DNA of 55,489 nt, the filler included, from Sphacelaria rigidula (Eukaryota), in the NCBI GenBank assembly GCA_964200075.2. It is 5 parts of 5 records of this genome, joined end to end, with 100 filler letters (N's around TTAATTAATTAA, not from the genome) between each part and the next. Parts side by side here need not be neighbours in the genome. Positions count along the whole stretch, not along the records: positions 11,120 to 22,138 come from CAXNAA020005526.1; positions 22,239 to 33,256 come from CAXNAA020005527.1; 3 more parts are not named here. One strand, given 5' to 3'. The notes under the pieces are model-generated. The model saw nothing but the letters and a program-made list of their open reading frames with translations. It ran no database searches and was not told where the DNA came from. The position numbers and the translations under genes are program-made. Below are positions 11,781-22,447 of this stretch, in pieces (the first letter of the stretch is position 1; the number at the start of each line of letters is the position of its first letter).

Positions 11781-13684
11781 CAAAAGTGGCTGGTTTAAGG
11801 AGGCAAAATCTACATGTAGCGTTTGGAGGGGTACTTATTTGACTGTCAGGAGCTCCAGATGCGGATCAGATTATTCCAGGGGAATAACAATTCAAACCTT
11901 GCGCATGTCGCGTGTCGCATCACCACAAACGCTGCGCGATAAATCACCTGCAGAATATTTATTTATGCAGTTTCGGTTGATTTTTTTCTTACCTTGTGTT
12001 CTTGTGGGCATGACCTGTTCTGTTTCGTCGATTGGTGTTTTTATATATTATTCGTATACTCGATGTTTCTCCGCAGATGGCATTCCTGCACACAGGTGCA
12101 AGAGTGACGGTGCCTGACAGCGCAGCATCTCGCCGCACCCCGACGCACCAGCGGCCAGTATTTCATTCTCCCGTTTCTCTGTGATGGATCGCATCTCCTG
12201 TTTTCTCCCGGGAACTTCCGCTGTCGTCGCGGAATTTCACGAAATTGTACATTCTCTGCCACTTCGGCACCACTGACTACCCTGCCTCTCTCGTTCGTTT
12301 CCTTTCAGGGAACCCGTCACTCTGAGACGAGGGACTTCGCCAGCCGTTTGCCTCTCCTTCGTGCTAGCGACCACCACTGTTCACGAGTGAATCAATCTCA
12401 CGCTTCCCTTCTCGGAATTTAGCGCAACCTGCTACCTGGGCACCTCTCGGAACTTGTACTCAAGAGAGGCCTTGAAATGATGCCGATTAATCAAGAGATG
12501 GTCGGCCGTTTCTCTGGGATAAATCCCATCTCCTGCTGTCCGTCCGCACCTCTCTCGCTGTTGGCCACACCTATCTATTTCTCTCATCACTATCCAACTT
12601 GTCTCCTTTCTGCAGCACTTTGTTTTGTTGGAGCTCACCGCGTGCGGCGCCATGGCGCGAAGGTGCCCGTACATCCGAGGATAGCGTGCTATGACAACCA
12701 AGTGATTACCATGTAGAGTAGTCCACCTCTAGTACACGTACAGGTGTATGATGAGCTGCAGGGTGGTGCAGGAGATGTGGATATGAGGTTTCACTTCATG
12801 ATATCAGGTCATGGGATATTTTCCTGAGTATGACTATGACTACTTGACATTATGTGTCTACGGAGGTGCAGCAGGTTACTTCCGATAACGAAGACTGTGT
12901 TTTGTGAACAGCATCTGTCTTGAAGTCTCCAAGCCATAGTGAGGAGGAAGCCCTTGGAGCAGTCTAGTGACTTTGTTCTGAGTCCAGGAGGGGTCCATAA
13001 TAAACCTTTATTCAGGGAACCCGCTGGTTCATGGCAAATGATTGTTCAGCTGCGGATAGTTTCTGCAAAAATATCTTTGTTTTGTACACGAGAGGTGTGC
13101 AGTCTGTAACGCGAGGCAGCTCGTGAGGGTTCTATAGCCAGTATGAAAATCCGACCTTTGTCAAGTAAAAATGATGCCGATTCCACAAATCAACGCCTCG
13201 TGCGCTAAAGGTGTTTACCGGAAGCTTGTAGCCTGGCGAGGAATGCGACGTCGAGCACATGCATAGTGAGTTCTTCAGTACATCAGTGCCATGCTGTGGC
13301 GCAAACGTGCCCGGTACATCCGAGAGTACTGTGTTATGACAACCACAAGTGGAAGCCAGTGTGAAAGTTCGCAGGCGGATCGCTGCTGCCCATTTTCGTG
13401 CCTCAAGACTTTCTGTCCGGAGCCGTACGGTCTGACTTCGTCGCGAACTGTATCTCACCACAGGGGTATTTCCTACAGTGATATCATGGCCGTTGATTGC
13501 ATGTACCTCAGACTGGGCGGGCCAAAGAGTTTCAGAGAATTTGTCGCTTCCCGGCTTTTGCGTAGTCGGATGGCCGTGGTCGGCGAAAGTGCGCGACGCC
13601 GGGCGCGTTGACAACGATTTCTTCTGTAAATAATTTCAGTCGCCTACCTGCTGTACTGCTGTGTATGGCTGTATATGACCCATG

Positions 13685-14000
13685 AGGAACTACCGCCGCG
13701 GTCAAAAGGTTAACCCTTTGACGGCGAGAGTAAAGCATCTGTTGAATCGGCATCCGTTTCACCTGAAAAGTTATGCTTGGTTCTGATGACCGGTGCTCGC
13801 AGTCGAATGGTTAACCCTTTGACCGCGAGGGTAGGTCACCTACTGAATCGGCATCATTTTCACTGGGAAAAGTATGCGTGGTCCAGATGGACTACCGACA
13901 TCACGGCCTAAGGGTTGACCCTTCGACCGCCAGGGTAGGCCATCTGGACCATCGGCGATTCAACAGATGACCTATTTTATATGGTGGCGGTCAAAAGGTT
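13685..14000. mobile_element. Tandem array of ~100-bp piggyBac-type MITEs joined at TTAA
   Basis: Junctions GGTCAAAAGG|TTAA|CCCTTTGAC (13710), GTCGAATGG|TTAA|CCCTTTGAC (13811), AAGGG|TTGA|CCCTTCGAC (13915), and a final GGTCAAAAGG|TT (13999). Two units carry the GAATCGGCATC core also seen in the 5691 MITE. Confidence 0.75.
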
Positions 14001-14441
14001 GGATTATTTCGTATCACCAACACGACACATGCACCAGCACAATATATCCACGCATCTATATCTGAGCGCACCGAGTAACCCTTCGCCACTACGCTCTTGG
14101 GGACAGTACAGGAATCGTACAGTGAGATGAAGCAAAAATGGCACAGTACTGCAGTACACAAGCAGTTGCAAACAGAGTAGTGGTGTATTATGTTCAAACA
14201 TCCAACTACCAGAGAATGAAATATGTCGCGTTGAAATGATTGATGTGATCCACCAGTCGTTTTCTGCGTCACGAAGGGCATTTTGTTTTTCCAAGTACCC
14301 GGAAGCAGTTGTGATTTGATGCCGAACACCTGGGGCATAGCTTTCGATATATGTACGAGAAGTTCAGCCACGAACCAAATCTTGAACGGAATCGCTCGAC
14401 TCTTCGACCACGAGGGTAGGTAGGTCATCTGGCTATATTAA

Positions 14442-14847
14442 CATGTTTGCGAGATTAAGAACGGATTTTGCTTTCGGAACGAGAGGTTTCTCGTTATCTA
14501 AAACAAGACGGTCTAATCGCCCGAAACAGCCGTCACCCCCCTGAAGGCCCGTAATCTGACGGGAGTTCAGCGCAACTGGATTTAGAATCGCCGTGACGCC
14601 TTCCATGAGATAAGGCTAAACTGTGCATTTCCCCCCCCCCTAATTTGAGTACGCCCCTAATTTGGTTACGTTCTTCCTTATAACTCTGTACTGACCAAGT
14701 CTATTTCAAATCTGTGTGAACAAAATTCCCGTCACGCCACGGGCTTTCAGAGGGTGACGGCTGTTTCGGACGATTCGACCGCCTTGGTGTAAGTCACGAA
14801 TAACCTTCCGTTCCGAAAAAAAAAACGATCCCAATCTCACAAACAGG
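14442..14847. mobile_element. ~405-bp MITE with ~150-bp imperfect TIRs
   Basis: TTAA|CATGTTTGCGAGATT...TTCGGAACG...CCGAAACAGCCGTCACCC...TGACGGGA mirrored by TCCCGTCA...GGGTGACGGCTGTTTCGG...CGTTCCGAA...AATCTCACAAACAGG. Right TTAA is degenerate. Confidence 0.75.
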
Positions 14848-15639
14848 TTCTTCTATGTGGTCATTTTCCAAGTTAATTTGATGGTGATTAAACACATGAC
14901 CTATCTATGCTCGTGGCCAAAGGTTCAATACGGGGAACAGGTAAAGTACTGCAGATCGTTCCACTGTTACTCGTGACGACGTCTGGCGTGAATTTTCCTC
15001 TGAAGATGGACCGAATGCTTTGCGGAATTTCTACTTGGTGGTGGTGTTTGCTTCCTTCTCAGATTAGTTGGACTGTTTGTTTGGATGGTGGGTGCTGTTC
15101 CGGGATGTGCATCGTGTTTTGACTCTGAAGAAACAGTCGTGATACAAGAACTGCTAACTGTATCGGCATATGCTGATGTGCGGCAAAAACGGGTCACAAA
15201 ATTTTCGCGCGAAAATTCAAATGGAATTTCATCAGGGGTATGGATACAATGGATCCAAAAAAGCCGTACGTAGTAAGCCGCGCATAGTACTAATACTACT
15301 TCGTTAGGCGATTCAGCGCCAATTTTCCCTAGGGTAGAGTAGTAGTACGAGTAGTTCGAGGTTTTGCCGATTGTGACACCTCGACTAGTCTTACTGTACT
15401 TTTCCAAGAGCATCCCAGCGCCCTTTCCGACCTTTTTGTCTGTCCACTTTAATTTTTAGCCGGTACTTGAAGCCTTTTCGGGTCGCTCGCGGTACCGTTT
15501 CTGTGGACTGGTCGACAAATGATTCATCCGGTCAAAAGTCGAACTGGGCGCACACAAGTCCGAAAAAATGGGCTACAATCCTACCCGAGAGTACAATAGC
15601 AATTCTGCATGAGGTGGCACAAACCGCCGAACCACGTAT

Positions 15640-15870
15640 GCCGGCGAAACAAGGCACTGACTCATCAAAACAGGCTTTCTTGAAGAGATTGTTCGTTGCA
15701 CAAGAGCAAGCGGCTTCATACGATTTACCCATCCCCCACTCCCATGCCAAGCAACGACCTCTAAAAGTGAACAGGATGATATTGCCTGCACGTGTATGGC
15801 GGTCCGAGCTACAGTCAGTATCATCTTCGTGACCTCTCTTTGAAACGGCGAGGCAGTCGGAAAGGTCATG
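15640..15870 (-). pseudogene. Possible pogo/Tc5-type (CENP-B-like HTH) transposase relic
   Basis: Translation ...EVTKMIL..RTAIHVQAI...WHGSGGWVNRMKPLALVQRTIS resembles the F.AS.GW+.RF+.RH.L..R motif of HTH_Tnp_Tc5. No intact continuation. Confidence 0.3.
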
Positions 15871-16342
15871 GCGCCATCGACTGGTAACTATATACTGGAA
15901 ATATTCATCAATATGAGAGAGTTTCGCGAAAACAAATCTGAGCATAGAGTCATAGTCCAGAGTGGAAACGTTGAAAATTCACGGTGTACGCTAAAAAGTT
16001 CATAGTGGAAGCTGATATCACGTGGCTTGACGTGGTTTTTTTGTCGCGGTTATCGGCCGCAGGTTCTGCCGATTCATGAGTGCTTCGAAAACAGACGAAA
16101 GGGCCAGCGCGCACTGAGATAGGAGAGTTACGATAGCGCACCCACTGCATTGTTGAAACTGCGACGGTCACCGCAATACAGCACAGTGCTGCTACTGAGA
16201 ATAGTTGAAAGTACATCCCAATGCGATGCAGTAGAGTACAGTGCAATGCAAGCGCGACGGTAGAGTGCCGCAGTACAGATGGACCAGAGTGGGATATGTA
16301 CTGTAACAGACAGTAGCCACAGAGGAGCATATGACTATCTTG

Positions 16343-16683
16343 TCGTCCCATCTGTTCTGGACGCCAGTCTACACCTTTCGGTATGCGTGGGCGCACCAGC
16401 TGGGGTCACACAGGGAGGTCAACACAGGAGTTTCTTCTCCTTAGTTTATTTTAGTTCTTCTCCTTGCTTCTGCGGTGCTTGCCTTTACTTTTTATCGCGA
16501 GAGGGGTTCAGCAGTCCCTTTCCCTGGTCGGCCGTTGAGTCAAAGTTTGTGTACCTACGACATGGTCGCTCTCCACTGTTGGGCATTGTGTGAGGAAAGA
16601 ATGCCAGATCGCTCCGAGATCGAACCCTCGTCCCAACCGTCAGAAGGTTTCGAGGTTACCGACTGAGCCACTGGAGCGACCGG
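16343..16683 (-). mobile_element. tRNA-derived SINE, family 1 (copy 2)
   Basis: Colinear with 4432-4782 (TCTACACCTTTCGGTA, TATCGCGAGAGGGGTTCAGCAGTCCCTTT, TGTGTACCTACGAC). A box TGGCTCAGTCGG and B box GGTTCGATCT on the minus strand. Confidence 0.85.
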
Positions 16684-18682
16684 GAACAACTGTACAAACA
16701 GTACAGTGCACAAGTGCATTGCAGTGGTAACTGTAGTACGTCCAACTGAATAACAGGGCAAACCGCGAGTACCCTACGTCGCATCATGATGTCAACCTAA
16801 ACCACGGCAGACTCGGCTACATTCATCAGCAGTACAGCACTGCCTCGCGGGTGTCAGGTCAACTTGTGCCGCCCACTTGGTGTGTGGAACATGCACGCGA
16901 TGGCGGCGCATGGCCAGCTGCTGCAGGAGACGCACGCGCGCGACTTCTCCGAAACGCAGCCGCCGTCTGCACTACTTTAGTTCTGCTTTTATTCGGCTGA
17001 GCCATCATGCCAGATGTGACAGACATCCGTCCTACGTTGCTGCTGTGGGTGTATGGCGTGCGAACTGGACGCGATGTTGTTGTGTGAGAGTGATGGTGCT
17101 TCGGTATTATAGTTCCTCCTCGTTCCGCTATGAACTATGAAGAGGCACATGCAACAGGTTTCAGAGTGAAGAGGTGCGAAAGGCACTCTGACTCCGTAAG
17201 TCTCGCTCTGAAAAAAAATCATGATGGAAAGTGCACCGCTATCGGCGATTTTCCCGTCCACTCCGACTCTTAGCTGGGAAGAAACATTTTCGGAAACTTT
17301 CTCTTTTTTGCAACAGCGATGATCCAGAGGTCGACGACGACACTTGACCTTAACAGTACCGACGCACACACCGTCAAAGAAGACGATACGAACGGTAATG
17401 AAGAACTGTGCATAGAGCATCTTGCTTTATCGTTCGGTGCGATGCCGACATGTTGCCTGCAGTGGATGCGTTAGTGATGCATAAATCAAAACAGACGGCA
17501 AATTCGCTACCCACCCACCCCTTCGGCTCACACGGCTGCACCGCCATTTTAACCGCGCCGCGACATTTTTGTGCCATGCCCCCTCCTCTGCGCGATCTGA
17601 TTGGCTGCGCAGATCAATGTAATACTTCAATGCTTTTTTAAATCCTGAGGCGTTAGGCAGGCCATGACTATAACAAATAAAGGCCCTCTACTTGAATCAA
17701 ATTGCGCACTTCAATGTACAGGTTACCCCGCGGGCGCGGAGCCCTGCTGGCAATTAACTTTTATAACTGGATGGGGTTCATTTTTTTCGCGGGCAGGTTA
17801 TCTTATTTCGCTTTCACGGACAGTGCTACACCCGCTGCGCGATCGCCAACCTTCACACATCCTCTTTCTAGGGTCCCATTTTTTTCTCTAGAAAATCAAA
17901 TTATGTGCAACTCATGGGTCCAGCGCCGACCACTCCACATTATCCTTTGCGTTGCGTAACGCTCCATTGAGCGGTGGCGCGAAGCGCCAAACATCTTGTA
18001 ACATTCATGGCCGTTACAATTTCGGTCAAACGGCTTGCCTGCAGACAGGAGTCATCTTGCTGCATTTTTTCACTTGATTTTGGAATACATATCTGTCGGG
18101 GATTTTGTTCTCTGAAGCTCTGAGAAGCTAGCATTTCTTATTTACTTGATTTTAGAGTACACTGTTTTGCTGATTATACGTATCAGTCTTTTTGCTTGCA
18201 TTTCGCTGGACACTACGGTGCGTTCCAGTTCTGCGTGGGTTTCGAGTGCATACGCTTTCCGCACTGTGTTGTGCATGGCGTTCCGACGTTGCGAGGCGTC
18301 CCGTTTGATGCATTTTCTTGGTGGACGTCTCGGTGGAACCTTCGGCCGTCGGAGATGCCACCGCTCGACCGCACACAGGCCACAGTCATTCGCAGAACCG
18401 GCATCGTTTTTACTTGAAAACTGCATCGGCATCATGCTCAGTTGAATCGAAACTGTGCGAAACTGCAGCGTGCCATCGCTCTCCGTTTCACTCTCGGGGC
18501 ACACGTTGAGCACATTACGATCTTGCCCGCATATCGCATCATCTCGACTGGACTTCCCTTTTACTGTCTCTGGACTGCTGTTGTAGCTGCTGCCGCTGCT
18601 GCTATCCTGCCGTGTATGCGATTATTTTATCATGGGGCGTTTAAAACAACGGGTTCTGTTTTGTCAAGATTTGAGTCGGCAG

Positions 18683-18973
18683 CCGGTTACCCCGGTGTCT
18701 CAGTTGGTAACCTCGAAACCGCATGACGGTTGGGTCGTGGGTTCGAACCTCAACGCAGTCACACGATTTGGCATTTTATCTCACACAATGCCCAACGGTG
18801 AGGAGGGCGACTATGTCGTGGGTGGACACAATTCGACGTCACGGTCGACAAGGGAAAGAGACCGCTGAACCTCTCTCGCGATAAATGATAATGCAAGCAC
18901 CGCAGAGGGAAGGTGTAGAACTAAAACAAATAAGAACAAAAAAACTCCTGTGTTGGCCTTCCTCCTGTGTGAC
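18683..18973 (+). mobile_element. tRNA-derived SINE, family 1 (copy 3, 3'-truncated)
   Basis: CCGGTTACCCCGGTGTCTCAGTTGGTAACCTCGAA...GTGGGTTCGAACC head; the body is the reverse complement of the other two copies and ends at CCTCCTGTGTGAC. Confidence 0.85.
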
Positions 18974-19299
18974 ATGTAACGCTCGCAACTATCACTGGTT
19001 TGCGCGGGTCACACACACAAATAATCGCTTCTCATTGAACTATGAACAGATTTGTGCAAGGTCACGCACAGCTCAGTTCATGAGCAGCTCCGGATCACGT
19101 TGTGTTTATTTGGTTTGCGGGGGAAATGAGTTCCCCGCGTTCGATCAAGCTGTGTGTTTCCGGTTTGCGGGGGAAATGAATTGTTCCCCGCGTTCACCTC
19201 TGGTTGTGCTGGGTTGTTGGTCATGTGTCAAGCCTTTCCATGCGCCTCTGTCAATGGGGCACCTATGTTCCTCCTCTGGCCAGAAACATGGGGAAAAAA

Positions 19300-20215
19300 T
19301 CATGTTTGGAATCGGCATCAATTTTACTCAAAATAGTATCGGCATCATTTGCAGTTGAAAATCAGAAAAAGTATGAAACAGCAGCGTGTCGTCTTTTTCC
19401 ACTAAATCTGGGGCGGGGTTGACATGCCTCGAGCGCGTTGTGATCGTCTCGACTTTCCTTCATTTTTTCTGTCTCTAGATTGCTGCTGTAGCTGCTGCTG
19501 CTATTGCACAGCACATGTATTTTAATTTTCATTGGGCACTGAAAATAACGTTATCTACTTTTTTAAATCCTTCGGCCGCCAGGGTAGGTCATCTGGGCCA
19601 CGCAGTAATTTTTAAGTGCAAGGGATGCCGACTCAACAGATAATCTACCATGGCGGTCAAGAGGTCAAGTTGGAGTTGCCACAAATCATTCCAAAATTGA
19701 ATCGGCATCGCCTTCGGTTGGAAACCAAATGCATGGCCCAAATGATTACCCTCGCGGTCTGGGGTCACGAGGTTCATAGCGGTGATAACGCCGAGTCGAG
19801 GAAGGAAACGGTGAAGAGGCCAGCAGAAAGTGTTATTTCCCCGCAGCAGCTCAGCTGAAGAGCAGCTACGGCTTGGGCCGTTCCTTTTTTGGTTTGCGGG
19901 GGCAGTCAATTCCTCAGGTCCACCTTTGATTGTGATAGGTTGTCTTGAGTCTTCGTACCTACCCCCGTCATCCATGTTCCTCTTCGGGCTGAAAATGAAA
20001 AAGGAAAGTCATCTGTGGGATCGGCATCGATTTTACATGAAAATCGAACGGGCACAATGCTCATATGACAATCAGAAGATACGACAAGACATCGTGCCGC
20101 CGCTCTCCGTCAACCCTTTGACGGCGAGAAGAGTAGGTTCTCTGTTGAAACTGCATCGATTTTACGAATAAGAGCATGTATGATTCAGATGGATTACCCT
20201 TGCGGCCAAGAGATT
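19300..20215. mobile_element. Cluster of decayed piggyBac-type MITE fragments
   Basis: Recurrent (GA)ATCGGCATC cores (~19309, 19339, 19700, 20020) and TIR-like CCTTCGGCCGCCAGGGTAGGTCATC (~19569) and CCCTTTGACGGCGAG (~20114), the same family as 13685-14000. Confidence 0.55.
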
Positions 20216-20859
20216 AATTGTAGTCCACCTCTTGAGGCAGGGTGTTTCTCATCGACTTCTGAAAAGGATTGCGCAAGGCCTCGAACAACGTGCTCAACTC
20301 ATGAGCTATCTGCTACTACGGCTTTGCCAAACTGTGCCATGTACCATTACGTAACGCACATGAGTATCAGCGCCTGTACCCCATGTATCTTGGCTGTCGA
20401 TCCATTGAGTGTGGCGGCGATAGTCGCCGAAATTCTTGCGTGTGTATGTATATATATATATATATAAATATGTATGTTCCCTTCTCGAATCGTACCCTTC
20501 ATTATGCCCTCCTTCCTGTCTCATCAGGATGATTCCGTCGTCTGAAGGCTTTTTCTTCCTGGCGTTCGTGGCTAACCTCGTAGTTTTGTGATCATGATCT
20601 CCCACTGTTTTTGTTTGATCCATCGTTGCATGTTCGTTATAGCCCCGACCTCCGTCTCCCTCGGGACGAGTCGGTAGCCTCGAAGGGATCACGCGACCCA
20701 TACGCTCACCAGCACCTGCCTCGTAATTCATTATCAAGTGTTGGTTCGGCTTGTCCGCAGCTCCTCGACTTTTGCGGGTATACTTCGTGGTGTCTTGCTT
20801 TCTTGTGACACGTGAATACTGGTGCTGGTGCTGGCGCTGCTGTCATTTGGCCAAAACAG

Positions 20860-21246
20860 GCGGAACTGGTAAAAAACGCCGTTACCCTGCAGGGAATTGC
20901 CGGAGATGCTCTCCTCTCGAAACGGCATCAGTCATCCCGCAAAAGGCCTAGACAAGAGGCGGACCAGCCCCAGCTTCACCACTACAGCAACAGCGATAGA
21001 GGCGTCATGTCGCAATCCCCTCGGCAGAACGGCGACTCATTGAGTGGCTTGCCACCTGTAGATACCGCCGGCTTCGAACATTTGTTCGGGGATAGCAGTG
21101 GGCTATTCGGCATGGATGGTCAGCTGGGAGTGATGGGGGAGTCGGCGAAAGATCCGGCCGAAAGCCTGTTCGAGAACACGCTGAAAGCGTTTTGTTGCAT
21201 GGCGGGAGGTGGAGAGGGGGGGGAACAAGACCGCCCTCCGATGCAG
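20860..21246 (+). CDS. Isolated internal exon (phase 0-0, 129 codons) of an unknown protein
   Basis: AAACAG|GCGGAA...ATGCAG|GTGCGG. Open for 387 nt with coding-like composition: AELVKNAVTLQGIAGDALLSKRHQSSRKRPRQE...SLFENTLKAFCCMAGG. Contains an NLS-like RKRPR. Partner exons not identified. Confidence 0.6.
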
Positions 21247-22138
21247 GTGCGGTTTTTTTTAGTGGTTGAGTTTTTTATTGATTGTCGCACATACAGGCGA
21301 TTCTCGAGGGATCAAGCCGTGGTTTGCAGAGAATATCAAAACGTGCATGAGGGGAGCACGGGCAAAGGAAGGAGAAAAAGTACATGACACTGGAGAAAGT
21401 ACGGGAATAAGAGAAAAATAAATGCAAAGTACAAATCCAATACAGCATAACAAACATGTATATGTGAAAGAGAAAGAGACCGGCAGAAAATTACACAGTA
21501 TCCCTCGATCGTATGGAAAAATCCGATACAGGTGCGTATGCATGCATGCATGCATGTATGTATGTATGTGATGTGATGTGATGTAAGTATGCATCAACTG
21601 GCGATGAGTCCGCGACAAACACCTGCGGTAATTCATCCTCTCACAGGGGGTATAGTACCCATGTCAGGTCTCCTTTTTGTGAGCTTCTTGATGCGTTTTT
21701 CGTGTCGTGACGAGGCTTGTAGAGGTGTCCTTCCCCACCGGCTGACGGGAAGGACATTTTTGTGTATATTTATCACATTTGTTCGGCGTGTGTTGGGTTT
21801 GTAAGTCAACACCTCTCGCATAAGATTTTTTGCGGAAGTTTCGCGCACTATGCTTGCTCATTTCCCTCCGTTTGTATGGGGTTTTTTTCCCACTCATCTC
21901 TGAGATTTGTGTTTGTTTTTTCTGTTAACCCGGTTTCGAGCCCCGTGTAGTCACGAGGTATTTGAGTATACATGCTATTGTCGTCATTGTGAAAAGGCGA
22001 CGAGTACTCGGCAGATACCTACAGTAATTTACCCGTCCGACAGGGTCGTCACCGTGTATCTACCATCCAGAAGGCGCATAAAGCACGCACGACATTTTCT
22101 ACGATACCCCCCCCCCCCCCCAAAAAAAAAGTGCTTCG

Positions 22139-22238
22139 NNNNNNNNNNNNNNNNNNNNNNNNNNNNNNNNNNNNNNNNNNNNTTAATTAATTAANNNNNN
22201 NNNNNNNNNNNNNNNNNNNNNNNNNNNNNNNNNNNNNN
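22139..22238. other. Artificial contig-join linker
   Basis: 44N-TTAATTAATTAA-44N. Confidence 0.97.
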
Positions 22239-22447
22239 CCCCCCCCCCCCGAGTGATGTGTGTGACAATTTCAGGGCGAAAACGGTCAAAATGTCGTATG
22301 TTGCTGTTTTCGCGTTACTGGCCATTTTTTGTGCCTTTCTTGGGAAAAAAACGGGAAGGTATACTTTTTCTAGGCCATTGCCCGATACATAATGTCAGAC
22401 TCTCTGCAGAGTTGTCCTCAATGTGCAGGTGCTGCGACAAATCCTAC

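Noticed and set aside
12250-13020. Ty3/gypsy 3' region relic on the minus strand
   Set aside because: A few suggestive residues (RHGAARGELQ) only; too disrupted to call without an HMM search.
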